NCBI GenBank assembly: GCA_030427835.1
Contig: JAUICN010000001.1
Coordinates: 81,929 to 145,928, forward strand
Reading direction: 5' to 3'
DNA: 64,000 bases
DNA from: Polyangia bacterium
Lineage (GTDB): Bacteria; Myxococcota_A; Polyangia; Polyangiales; JAUICN01
Below are positions 35,072 through 44,558 of the stretch, one piece after another (within the stretch, counting starts at the first letter, position 1; each line of letters opens with the position of its first letter). A model generated the notes under the pieces. It did not search any database. It saw only the letters and a program-made list of their open reading frames with translations, and was not told the DNA's origin. Position numbers and translations under genes: made by a program.

Positions 35072-38000
35072 ATGCAGGTTTGGGCGGAGCAGTTTCAGGG
35101 CAATCCCTCCAGTACGGAGGCGTTTGCCCATTTGCGGAAGCATTACCGCAGCCAGGGGGACTACCCTTCCCTGGTGGCGCTGATGGACGCCCATGCCCAC
35201 ACCCAGGAAAACGTACGCGCCGCAGACCTTTGGATGGAGGCCGCAGACTATGCGGAGGAGCATCTCCAGGACGTTTCCCTGGCCACGTCCCTGGCACGGC
35301 AGGCCCTTCGCAAACAACCCGACCGGACTGGGGTGTTTGAACGGGTGTGCGGTTGGGTGGATTCCTCGGGCGACATCAGCCCCGCGTCCTCTTTTTACCG
35401 CGAGCTGACCCGAGCTGCAGAGTTTGAACGTCGTGCGCCCGAATGGAGGGCCTCTGTACACCACGCCCATGCCCGACTGTTGTTACACATTGGAGAGGTG
35501 GACGAGGCCATATCTACCCTGAAGCTTGCCTTCGAAGCCGACGGGACCTCGCGGCCTGTGGTGGACACCCTCTATGGCCTATTGATGCAACGCCAGGACC
35601 CGTTTGTGGAACAGGTATGTCTTGCACGTATTCGGTTGGAGCCCAGTATGACAGCGCGGGTACAAAGCTGGATTGATCTTGCGGAGATTCGGGAGCGGAT
35701 TTTGATGGATACCGCAGGTGCATACTCCGCCCTGGAGGAGGCCCAGAAGCTCGTACCCACTGACACCATGATCCTCTACCGCCGTGCGTACCTACTTCAC
35801 CAGGTGGCCATGGCAGGGCGTTCAGACAGGGACAAACAGTCCAGTCATCGGCATTTGGCGGCCGAGTTGTGGCGCAGGCTCGCGCTGGAATCCGAACCAA
35901 GCCTCGCACTTGAATATCTGGGGGCCGCGCTGGATTTGGTTCCCGACGACGAGGAAGCCTTGGATCTCTTTGAGAGCCAGGCCCAGGACTTGGATCGATC
36001 TGATCTGGTAACCGCGCGATGGGAATCCTTTGTGGCCCACTCTCCACAGTCAGAATCGAGCCGATCCACGCGTGTGAAACTGGGGCGCTACTACCACGAC
36101 CAACGGGCATGGGGGGACGTGGTACGGGTACTTTCCAAGCTCGCGCTGTCGGGGGATGTGCAGGCCCAGGCTCTGATTTGGCCCGCATCCCTCCATTGCG
36201 GAGACGCCGTGGCGTTTCAACAGGGGTTCGAAAATTACCTCCGCTCCCTGGAACACGGTAGGCGACCCCCGCTGGTCAGGGAACTGGTGGAACGGCTTTC
36301 CCAGGTTCCCCAGGAACCCCAGACCTCGGAGTGGTTGGAACGGTTGTTTTCGGATGAGGAGTTTTCGCCGCTGTGCAACGAAGTGACCGAACTCCTTGTA
36401 GATCACGACTTGTACGATCTGGGAGTACCACTGCTGAAGCATGCCATTGGACGGAGTTCAGGCACGCGCCAAGTGGCCCTGCTTCGACAGTTGGCGGACG
36501 TGGCGGAAAACAAGTTGGGAGACGAGGAACTGGTGTATGAGGCCTGCCACCAGATCCTTCAGCAGGTTCCGGATGATTTGGGCGCCATTTCGAGAATGGA
36601 ACGCATTGACCGGAATGCGCAGCGCTGGGATCGGCTCCGGCGGTCATGGGAAGAACGCCTGCACCACAGGGAGGGTGCCACCCGCGGGGCACTGTACCGG
36701 AGGCTGGGTCGGCTTGCACTGTATCGCATGAACGATGCGGAAGGGGCCTGCGCCTACTTGCATCGGGCGCTGCTCCACAACCCTGGAAACCTAAAGCTTC
36801 AAAGCACTTTGGTGGAGGCGTACCGTCAGGCAAATCGACTGAACGAGCTGCCGCAGTTGTTGGCGTCTGTGATCGACGACTCCACAACGGAAAACACCGT
36901 AGGGGAATCCACCGGAGACGTGGATGAGGTGCGATCGGGATTGCTGAAGCTGGCAGGGGATCTTTGTATTGAGGTCGAGCAGTTGGATCAGGCCTACCCG
37001 TACCTGTCCCAGGCGGCGGAACAGACGCCTGCCCCCCAGGAGACGCTGAAGTTTCTTTTTCAGTATTGTGCCGACCGTGCGGAACCTGAGCCAAGGACAC
37101 AGGAGAGGACACAGGAGAGCAAACCGAACCACGGGGAACTGACACCCTATCGATCCGGCGCCCTACGGTGGGGGCGCCGTTTTCTGCAAGCCACACTGGA
37201 ACCCCAGGAGGCTTTGGAGGTACTTTCTCGCCTTGTGCCCCTGTGGTCGGAGCACGGGAAACCCACGAAGGACGCACTGAACGCCGTTCGCGAGCATCTG
37301 GAACGCTTTGGGGCCTCCAAACAGGCGCTGGAACTCTTTGCCCGTGTGAGCGACGAGGTGAACAGCCCTGTGGATCGCGCCCTTGCGGTGGAAGCCCTAC
37401 TTCGCCTGGAACAGCAACCAAGCCGCCGTGTGGTACTGGCCTCTGAACTTGTGGACAAGGTATCTGAACGGGACCCCGCACGGGCCCTGCGAGCCTTGGA
37501 GCACTGGCGGGATGCCGCACCTGGGGACCCCACACCCTTGCAACTGTGGCCTGGGCTTGCCAAGCGCGCGGGAGACCTGACGGGCGCCTGTGTGGGCTAC
37601 CTTCGCCTTGCGCGAAAATCCGAAGGGCAGGCGCGGCAAGAGGCGATCGGGCACTGCTTGCAACTTGCCCAATTGGAAACGGTTGCGCTGGAGGGGCTAT
37701 TGGACCCAACGCACTTGATCAGGGATTTGGCCGAACTGGATGTGGAACTCACCCATGGGGAAGACCTGCGTCGCTTTGCGCGCCAGCATCAGGGCAGTGC
37801 CACCCTTGCGGAGGGTTGGATGCAACGGGCGCGGGCGGCACAAAAGCAACACTCTGGCGTTTCCACAGCGCCTCCCGCCTCCGTAGAAACGGAAGTTCCA
37901 GCCGATGAGGATACGGAGAAGTTCGGGGGCTCCGTTGCCACGCAGGGTGCCACCGCAAGGCTTTGGGCCATGGCAGCCACGGTATTGGAAGAGGATACGG

Positions 38001-39463
38001 ACGACCCACACCGTGCCCTGGAGACGTTGCTACGGGCACTTTCCCTGGACCCAGAAAACCGAAAAATATTGGCGGATGTGGAACGGCTGACGGAACTCAC
38101 AAACCGCTGGCCCCGCCTCGTGCAGGTCTACGAACATCTGGTAGCACGGGAGGCCGGCGTTGTGCCCAGGGCGCACCTTTGGTGGCGGCTGGGGCGCCTC
38201 CTGGTGACACGTATGCCAGATCATGCGGCCCGTTGCGTGAGGTCGGCCGTTCGGCTTGCACCCGCCATGGGGAAAGACATCCAAGCGTGGTGCACCTCCG
38301 AGGGGCATACCCTGTTTGCCCTTGAAGTGTTTGAGGCGCTCCATGGCGAGTCGACCGATCGGGTGCCCGGGGGAACTGACCGGACCGACCGGACCGACAG
38401 GGAAGGGGGCGATCCAGAGGATGGACTTACCCGGGACTCCCTTGTGGCAGCCGCTCGTATGAACCCTCGCCCGGCCACCTTTCGTGGGGTGCTGCAGAGG
38501 GTGGTGGGCCGTATTGGCCAGGATCGTTCGGCCATTCTCAAATGGGTGGCAGCGGCCGTGGAAGGTGGTTTCGAGGCCGAGCTTGCGGAGCTGTTTTCCA
38601 CGGCCGCCACAACCTGCTCGGAGGACGGGGACGACACCCTGGGAGCCACCCAGTTCTTACATGGAGCAGGGCTACTGTGGGATCGATTGGGCTCGGGGGA
38701 CCGGGCCATGGGAGCCATGACCCGTGCGGCGGACCTTGCCCCTGGGGACGAGGCAAACTTGGATGCCCTCGAACAGATTGCACGTCGGGAAAAGCGTCTC
38801 GGGGATCTGGTGACGCTCCTGCAGTCCCTGGAAGCAAGAGTAGTTCAAAAACCCCTCGCCCAGTCCCTTCTAGGTCGCCAGATACGAATCCTGGGTGAGG
38901 ATCTCAAGGACGATGGTGCACGCGTTGACGCGTTGACACGTTGCTGGTTTCTGGGCCCCCGGCGGGGCGAGGTTCTCAACGAACTTCGCACGTCGCTCAA
39001 GAAGCATCGCCGTTTCGAAGACCTGTTGTTGACGTTTGAAAAGGAACTGGAGATTGTCGGCCCAACCGACACGGCAAACGGTACGACCGATTTGCAGGTT
39101 CACGTACTCCAGGAAATGGCGCAGGTGTGGGAAAAGGAACTGCACAACCGGTGGGAAGCCCGCCGAACCTGGCAACGGATCCTGCAACTGAGCCCTGGGC
39201 AACCCGAGGCACAGAAAGCGGTTCGACGACTTGGGGGGACCAGTGCTCCACCTCCTCCACCTCCTCCACCTCCCCGGGTACCTTCACCTCCTGGGTCTCG
39301 ACTCCCCGCCACGGATGTCAAGAACGACCGTGGTACGTCGGACAAGTTGCAGCCCTCGGTGGCCCCCCCTGCGCCTCCAAGACCACGCTCTGTGCCTCCC
39401 AAGCCACCCCTACGAGCCTCCAATACCAAGACGTCGCGCCCTCCCCCCATACCCAACCGGTAG
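35072..39463 (+). CDS. very large TPR-repeat protein (1463 aa) with a Pro-rich C-terminal tail
   Basis: Many TPR-like helix pairs (ALEYLGAALDLVPDDEEAL, ACAYLHRALLHNPGNLKL, ALETLLRALSLDPENRKIL, RRTWQRILQLSPGQPEA). C-terminus APPPPPPPPRVPSPPGS...PPKPPLR. Confidence 0.6.
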   Translation: MQVWAEQFQGNPSSTEAFAHLRKHYRSQGDYPSLVALMDAHAHTQENVRAADLWMEAADYAEEHLQDVSLATSLARQALRKQPDRTGVFERVCGWVDSSGDISPASSFYRELTRAAEFERRAPEWRASVHHAHARLLLHIGEVDEAISTLKLAFEADGTSRPVVDTLYGLLMQRQDPFVEQVCLARIRLEPSMTARVQSWIDLAEIRERILMDTAGAYSALEEAQKLVPTDTMILYRRAYLLHQVAMAGRSDRDKQSSHRHLAAELWRRLALESEPSLALEYLGAALDLVPDDEEALDLFESQAQDLDRSDLVTARWESFVAHSPQSESSRSTRVKLGRYYHDQRAWGDVVRVLSKLALSGDVQAQALIWPASLHCGDAVAFQQGFENYLRSLEHGRRPPLVRELVERLSQVPQEPQTSEWLERLFSDEEFSPLCNEVTELLVDHDLYDLGVPLLKHAIGRSSGTRQVALLRQLADVAENKLGDEELVYEACHQILQQVPDDLGAISRMERIDRNAQRWDRLRRSWEERLHHREGATRGALYRRLGRLALYRMNDAEGACAYLHRALLHNPGNLKLQSTLVEAYRQANRLNELPQLLASVIDDSTTENTVGESTGDVDEVRSGLLKLAGDLCIEVEQLDQAYPYLSQAAEQTPAPQETLKFLFQYCADRAEPEPRTQERTQESKPNHGELTPYRSGALRWGRRFLQATLEPQEALEVLSRLVPLWSEHGKPTKDALNAVREHLERFGASKQALELFARVSDEVNSPVDRALAVEALLRLEQQPSRRVVLASELVDKVSERDPARALRALEHWRDAAPGDPTPLQLWPGLAKRAGDLTGACVGYLRLARKSEGQARQEAIGHCLQLAQLETVALEGLLDPTHLIRDLAELDVELTHGEDLRRFARQHQGSATLAEGWMQRARAAQKQHSGVSTAPPASVETEVPADEDTEKFGGSVATQGATARLWAMAATVLEEDTDDPHRALETLLRALSLDPENRKILADVERLTELTNRWPRLVQVYEHLVAREAGVVPRAHLWWRLGRLLVTRMPDHAARCVRSAVRLAPAMGKDIQAWCTSEGHTLFALEVFEALHGESTDRVPGGTDRTDRTDREGGDPEDGLTRDSLVAAARMNPRPATFRGVLQRVVGRIGQDRSAILKWVAAAVEGGFEAELAELFSTAATTCSEDGDDTLGATQFLHGAGLLWDRLGSGDRAMGAMTRAADLAPGDEANLDALEQIARREKRLGDLVTLLQSLEARVVQKPLAQSLLGRQIRILGEDLKDDGARVDALTRCWFLGPRRGEVLNELRTSLKKHRRFEDLLLTFEKELEIVGPTDTANGTTDLQVHVLQEMAQVWEKELHNRWEARRTWQRILQLSPGQPEAQKAVRRLGGTSAPPPPPPPPPRVPSPPGSRLPATDVKNDRGTSDKLQPSVAPPAPPRPRSVPPKPPLRASNTKTSRPPPIPNR

Positions 39464-39515
39464 GTCACGGGTCTGATCCGTCTGCAACGGCACAGTGGGT
39501 GTTGGCTCAATCGCC

Positions 39516-40670
39516 TCAGCGCTGTTGGGTGTTCAGGTGGCGCCGGGCGATTTCTGCCCAGGGGCCTGCGGGATCCAGTTGGAGATAGGTAGACCAATGG
39601 TCCCGGGCCTTGCCGGGCGTGTCCGATTCTTCGTAGGCCATGGCAAGATTGAAATGGGCATCGGCAAACATGGGATCGTGATCGATGGCATGCTGAAAGA
39701 AACGAACCGCTTCGCTTGTTTCACCCCTCTCAAAGCAGAGAAAACCCAGGTTGTAGGCGGCTTCAGGCTGCACGGGGTCTACCCGCAACGCGTGGCGGTA
39801 GAGCTCTTCCGCTTCCTCAAGCAGCCCCTTTCGAAAACGAAGATTTCCCAAATTGGTGTATGCGTTCGAAAGGGCAGGATCCAGTTTGATGGCCCGCAGA
39901 TAGGCGGCTTCCGCCTCCCCCATGGTCGCTTCCGTTTCGTCCAGACTGCAGCCCCGGAGGTACTGTTCGTAGGCGAGCTGCCGGTGATCCTTTGCGGCAT
40001 CGCCCGACCGCAGTTGGCGTACTTTCGTACCCACGTGATGGACGCCGAAGTCCATCACGTATTGACCGGTGTCCGGCTCGTAGTTGCCGTCGTCGCTTTT
40101 CACGACCAGGGCGCGCCCGTCTGCCACCACTCGCAGTTCTGCCAGGGGGTGCACCACGTCAGGCAGCTCGTGCTGAAGCGCCCGAAGGCATTCCCGAACC
40201 CGCTGCAGGGGAACGTCCTTTTTCAGGAGACTGGAGGCGACGCGGAGGGCCAGCAAATCCCGGAACGTGTAATACCGACGGCGCCCAAGCATGTAGCTTG
40301 GTTGAATCAACTCGGAGCGACTCCAGTACCGAAGTCTATCCCTGGGGATCCCGAGAACACGGCTGGCATCGCCCAGGGAGTAGAACGCGGATTTGTCACC
40401 CAACACCAGCGAATCCACCTTGGTCACCGAATGGGGTAGATCAAGGATGGGTGGAACCGACCGATCCGATTCGAGGGGAAGATTGGAGGGTTGTGAGGAG
40501 TTGGGTTGCGGGGGGTTGGATTGCGGGGAGGGTTTTGCGCGGCGGGAGGAATCGCCGAAGGTTACGTGCACTACGTTGTCGCCTCCACGTTTTTGGCTCT
40601 CCGGTTGTGATCGATTCATTTTCATTCTAGCTGCGCGCCCATTCCTATCAGAAACCCGAACGGACCGCAC
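39516..40670 (-). CDS. MerR-family HTH regulator fused to a TPR domain
   Basis: HTH: FYSLGDASRVLGIPRDRLRYWSRSELIQPS....RRYYTFRDLLALRVASSLL. C-terminal TPR repeats (AEAAYLRAIKLDPALSNAYTNLGNLR, AEELYRHALRVDPVQPEAAYNLG, AVRFFQHAIDHDPMFADAHFNLA). The N-terminal 90 aa are low-complexity. The start could be at 40625. Confidence 0.7.
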   Translation of the reverse strand: MRSVRVSDRNGRAARMKMNRSQPESQKRGGDNVVHVTFGDSSRRAKPSPQSNPPQPNSSQPSNLPLESDRSVPPILDLPHSVTKVDSLVLGDKSAFYSLGDASRVLGIPRDRLRYWSRSELIQPSYMLGRRRYYTFRDLLALRVASSLLKKDVPLQRVRECLRALQHELPDVVHPLAELRVVADGRALVVKSDDGNYEPDTGQYVMDFGVHHVGTKVRQLRSGDAAKDHRQLAYEQYLRGCSLDETEATMGEAEAAYLRAIKLDPALSNAYTNLGNLRFRKGLLEEAEELYRHALRVDPVQPEAAYNLGFLCFERGETSEAVRFFQHAIDHDPMFADAHFNLAMAYEESDTPGKARDHWSTYLQLDPAGPWAEIARRHLNTQQR

Positions 40671-40791
40671 GCGAGTTCAACATCGGTGGTTGTGAATGAC
40701 AATATCTATTTGTGTCGTGGCTTCACCCGAGTGTTCACCCGGGAGCGCGTGGGACGCATCGCACAACGGCAAGGCGATGCTATGTTGGCAT

Positions 40792-41445
40792 ATGGCTTGG
40801 ACTGCTGAAACGGTTACCCATGGTGTCTTCTCAGATGTGCACGGCAATCTTCCCGCGCTGCAGGCCGTGTTGAAGGAGCTGGACTCACGCGGGGCAACAC
40901 AACTGTGGGCAGCAGGGGACCACCTTTGGGATGGGGACGATCCGCTAGAGGTGTGGCGACTGCTTCGGGATCGCAAGGTACGGTGTGGCCAGGGTCTGGC
41001 GGACCGGGCGCTGGCCGTACTGAAAGTCGATCACCTTCACCCGATGGATCCAAAGATGGCGGAATCCCTAGATCACCTACGGGATGTGCGCAGGAACATC
41101 GGCGATCTCGTTCTGGAGGAGCTGCGTAGGTTACCGGTGCAGCAACGGGTGCCGCTTCTCAACGGTGGGGAGATGCTCGTGGTTCATGGTAGCCCCGGCA
41201 ATCCGGTGGAGGAAATCGCACACGACACGGATGGGGCGGAGCTCCTTGGGTTGCTTAACGACGATCCTGCGGATCTTGTGTTGTGTGCCGGAAGCCATGT
41301 GCCCTTTGATCACCCGCTGGAGGAGTGCCACCTGGTGGGGCTTGGTTCCGTGGGGCAGGCCCCGGAGGGAAACACCGCGCATTTTGCGGTAGTACGCTCC
41401 AGCCTGCAGGGGTTTGAGGTGGAGTTGGCCTGGGTGGAGTACTAA
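40792..41445 (+). CDS. metallophosphoesterase (YfcE/MJ0936-like)
   Basis: Motifs GVFSDVHGN, AAGDH, VVHGSPG, CAGSHVPF. Start set at MAWTAETV; the track ORF starts at 40696. Confidence 0.7.
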   Translation: MAWTAETVTHGVFSDVHGNLPALQAVLKELDSRGATQLWAAGDHLWDGDDPLEVWRLLRDRKVRCGQGLADRALAVLKVDHLHPMDPKMAESLDHLRDVRRNIGDLVLEELRRLPVQQRVPLLNGGEMLVVHGSPGNPVEEIAHDTDGAELLGLLNDDPADLVLCAGSHVPFDHPLEECHLVGLGSVGQAPEGNTAHFAVVRSSLQGFEVELAWVEY

Positions 41446-41483
41446 CGCCCCCCAAAGAGGCTCTGGCGGCGGTACCGAGCCGC

Positions 41484-42776
41484 CTATGGGTTGGGTTTGG
41501 GGGTCTGACCCGGGCGTAGTTCCACCCGTTGAACACGCCGTTCGTCGCCCTCACGAACGGTAAGCACAAAGCCCGGAGTATGCACGGACTGCCCGATTTG
41601 GGGCACGTGGCCCGCAAGCTCGACCATGAGACCCCCCAGGGAGTCGTAGTCCCCTTCATGTTCTTGGATTTCGATGCCCAGTTCGTTTTCAAGGTCGTAC
41701 ACGGACAGCCCGGCATCCACCAGGTACCGACCCGCGCCCAGTGCCACCACGGAGGGTTCTTCCTTGTCGTACTCGTCTCGGATTTCGCCAACCAGTTCTT
41801 CAAGAATGTCTTCTAGGGTGCACAGCCCGCTGGTTCCACCGAACTCATCGACCACCACCGCCATGTGTATGCGTCGTGTTTGCATTTCCTTCAGCAGGGG
41901 GCCCACGTGTTGGCTTTCCGGAACAAAGAATACCTGGTTGCGCATGAGATCCTTCACACGGATGTTGTCCAGGGCCTCCATGTTGTTCATACGAGAGAGA
42001 AGATCCTTGGCGTAAAGAACGCCCTCCACCCGATCGGGGGTCTCACGGTACACCGGGTAGCGACTGTGCCCACGATCGATGATGAGGCCCAGAAGTTCCC
42101 TGGCAGGGGTGTCCGCATCCACCGCGACCATTTGTGTGCGTGGCACCATGATTTCACGGGCAAAGGTGTCGCGAAAATCTAGGGCACGGTGCAGTAGTTC
42201 AGCCTGATCCTTGGCGATGGCGCCCTCTTCCACACCCTCTTCGATCATTTGTTCCAAGCCAAGCTCTGCGGCGCGTTCGGAGTCCCCCGCGTTGGCCTCC
42301 GAAACAGATTTTTCAAGCCGCTTTGCGAGCCAGGCAAGGGGTGTGGCCAGTGGGTAGAGCAACCATTCCAATGGGCGAACCCAACGGAGCAGACGAAACG
42401 TCCAACGGCCGGTGCGTCGCTCCGCAATGGTGGTGGAGAACTCGATGGCCATGGCGTAGAGAAAGGCCAGGCCAAGGGCGGACAACAGGCCCGAGCCCCC
42501 TGGAAGGATCTGTGAACCTAGATGTGCACCCAGGGCCACGGCCAGGGCAAGGCACAGGGTTCGACCGGTGAGTAGCGTGGCACGAATGCGGTGGTGATAG
42601 ACCAGGGCGCGGGTGGCGAGGCCCGCGTGGGTGGCTTCGCTGTCCGCCACGACCTGGAGCCTGTATTGGCCCATGGCGATCAACCCGGCCTCCAGGGCTG
42701 CAAACCCCATCCCACAGATGAAACTGAGGGCAACGGCAAGGATTTCAATGGACGAGCGGTCGATGGTGTCTTCCAA
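41484..42776 (-). CDS. CNNM/HlyC-CorC-family transporter (DUF21 TM domain, CBS pair, CorC_HlyC domain)
   Basis: Four N-terminal TM helices. CBS region: REIMVPRTQMVAVDADT...GHSRYPVY...GVLYAKDLL...RIHMAVVVDEFGGTSGLCTLEDILEELVGEIRDEYD. C-terminal transporter-associated domain. Confidence 0.8.
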   Translation of the reverse strand: MEDTIDRSSIEILAVALSFICGMGFAALEAGLIAMGQYRLQVVADSEATHAGLATRALVYHHRIRATLLTGRTLCLALAVALGAHLGSQILPGGSGLLSALGLAFLYAMAIEFSTTIAERRTGRWTFRLLRWVRPLEWLLYPLATPLAWLAKRLEKSVSEANAGDSERAAELGLEQMIEEGVEEGAIAKDQAELLHRALDFRDTFAREIMVPRTQMVAVDADTPARELLGLIIDRGHSRYPVYRETPDRVEGVLYAKDLLSRMNNMEALDNIRVKDLMRNQVFFVPESQHVGPLLKEMQTRRIHMAVVVDEFGGTSGLCTLEDILEELVGEIRDEYDKEEPSVVALGAGRYLVDAGLSVYDLENELGIEIQEHEGDYDSLGGLMVELAGHVPQIGQSVHTPGFVLTVREGDERRVQRVELRPGQTPKPNP

Positions 42777-42791
42777 GAAAGCTTCGCCCCC

Positions 42792-44009
42792 CTAAGGCTT
42801 TCGTATCCAGTTGTGTCGCTCGCCCCAAAGGCGCAAACGCAACCCGTTCAATCGAATGAACCCGGTGGCGTCGCCCTGATCGTACACGTCGTCTTCCTCA
42901 AAGGTGGCCACCTCGGGACTGTACAGCGATTGTGGGCTCTTGCGGCCCAAAACCTGAACGTCGCCTTTGTAAAGCTGCAACCGCACTTCGCCGGTAACGT
43001 GGGTTTGGGTGTGATCGATGAAGGCCTGGAGGGCCTCCCTTTCCGGGGAGTACCAAAGACCGCGGTAGATGAAAGTGGCGTACTCTGGGATGAGTTGATC
43101 CCGCAGGCGGATGACCTCCCGATCCACGGTGATGGATTCCATGGCCCGGTGGGCTCGGTGAAGCAATGTGCCCCCCGGGGTTTCGTACACGCCCCGGGAT
43201 TTCATTCCCACGAAGCGGTTCTCCACGATGTCCACACGCCCGATGCCGTGCTTTGCCGCACGGGTGTTGACGTGATCCAACAGTTCCATGGGGTTCATGG
43301 CCTGGCCGTCCACCGCAACCGCGTCCCCCTGTTGGTAACGGATGGTGATTTCCTCCGCCTGGTCTGGGGCCTGCTTGGGGTCGGTGGTCCACTGGAACAT
43401 CTCTGGCTTGGGGGCGCGCCACGGATCTTCGAGTACGCCGCCTTCGTAGCTGATGTGGAAGAGGTTGGCGTCGATGGAGTAGGGCTTTGCCGCGGTCACA
43501 GGAACGGGAATGCGATGCTTTTCCGCGTAGGCGATGCAATCGGTGCGGGAACGCAAATCCCAGGTGCGCCAGGGGGCGATGATCTGGAGCTCGGGATCGA
43601 GGGCATGGGCGGCGAGCTCAAACCGAACCTGGTCGTTGCCCTTGCCGGTGGCACCGTGGGCCAGGGCCTGGGCACCTTCCTTTTGGGCGAGTTCCACCAT
43701 GGCCTTGGCGATGACGGGGCGAGCAATACTGGTACCCAATAGGTACTCGCCTTCGTAGATGGCGTTGCCACGCAACATGGGGAAACAGAAATCCCGAACA
43801 AACTCTTCCCGGAGATCGGCAATGACGCACTTGCTGGCCCCGGTGGCGATGGCCTTGCGCTCCACCTCGGAAAGGTCTTCGTTCTGGCCCACGTCGGCGC
43901 AAAATGCCACGATTTCCGCGTCGTAGGTTTCCTTGAGCCAGGTGAGAATGACGGAAGTGTCCAGGCCGCCGCTGTAGGCGAGCACGATTTTCTTAATGGG
44001 TTGGGTCAT
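42792..44009 (-). CDS. argG: argininosuccinate synthase
   Basis: [67 protein letters not shown]. Confidence 0.95.
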   Translation of the reverse strand: MTQPIKKIVLAYSGGLDTSVILTWLKETYDAEIVAFCADVGQNEDLSEVERKAIATGASKCVIADLREEFVRDFCFPMLRGNAIYEGEYLLGTSIARPVIAKAMVELAQKEGAQALAHGATGKGNDQVRFELAAHALDPELQIIAPWRTWDLRSRTDCIAYAEKHRIPVPVTAAKPYSIDANLFHISYEGGVLEDPWRAPKPEMFQWTTDPKQAPDQAEEITIRYQQGDAVAVDGQAMNPMELLDHVNTRAAKHGIGRVDIVENRFVGMKSRGVYETPGGTLLHRAHRAMESITVDREVIRLRDQLIPEYATFIYRGLWYSPEREALQAFIDHTQTHVTGEVRLQLYKGDVQVLGRKSPQSLYSPEVATFEEDDVYDQGDATGFIRLNGLRLRLWGERHNWIRKP

Positions 44010-44070
44010 GGTTTGAGGCCTATTGGTAGCTGGGAGCCTTGCACGTGCAAGCCGCCTACGTTAGCTGCAG

Positions 44071-44538
44071 GTGATGGCTGATACTTTGCAATCCAAATTG
44101 ACCGCCCCGGAACAGCAGCAGCAGGTGGTGCAGGCCTGCCAAGAGCTGATCGACTCAGAAGTGGCTGATAAATCGGGGCTGGCGGGGCTCGCGATTAAGG
44201 CCGGCTACAAGGCTGTGAAGGGGATTCGCCCAGGGTTCATCGCCCAGGTGCTCCGGGACTTGCTGCCTGAGTTTTCCCAGGCGCTGGAGCCCATCTACGC
44301 CAGGGGCATGGAGGCGGTGTCCCAGGGTCGTGCTGGGGGGATCGGCGCGTACTTCGTGGGCCAAACCTCCCAGGTGGCGGAGGCCCTATTGTCCATCACC
44401 GACGACAAGGCGGCTCGCTCCAACAAGGGGATTGTGAAGGGCACCTACGACAAACTACGCGGCATGGCAAAGAAGAACGTGGAGTCCGCGGTGCCCCGGC
44501 TGGCGCAACTCATCGAGCAGTTCGCGGGCAAATCCTAG
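44071..44538 (+). CDS. hypothetical protein (155 aa)
   Basis: Clean helical ORF divergent from argG. Conserved-looking blocks GLAGLAIKAGYKAVKGIRPGF and GTYDKLRGMAKKNVESAVPRLAQLIE. Family not recognised with certainty. Confidence 0.5.
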   Translation: MMADTLQSKLTAPEQQQQVVQACQELIDSEVADKSGLAGLAIKAGYKAVKGIRPGFIAQVLRDLLPEFSQALEPIYARGMEAVSQGRAGGIGAYFVGQTSQVAEALLSITDDKAARSNKGIVKGTYDKLRGMAKKNVESAVPRLAQLIEQFAGKS

Positions 44539-44558
44539 ACCGCTGTGAGGCCAGCGGT
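44539..44558. terminator. candidate bidirectional hairpin between convergent stops
   Basis: ACCGCTG-TGAGGC-CAGCGGT (7-bp stem, 6-nt loop) fills exactly the gap between the stop at 44538 (+) and the stop at 44559-44561 (-). Only a short T run follows (TTTA). Confidence 0.4.

Noticed and set aside
41465-41484. The hairpin GGCGGC-N8-GCCGCC between the convergent phosphoesterase and CNNM genes, considered as a terminator.
   Set aside because: The stem is short, there is no flanking T or A tract, and it overlaps the CNNM stop codon. The evidence is too weak to annotate.
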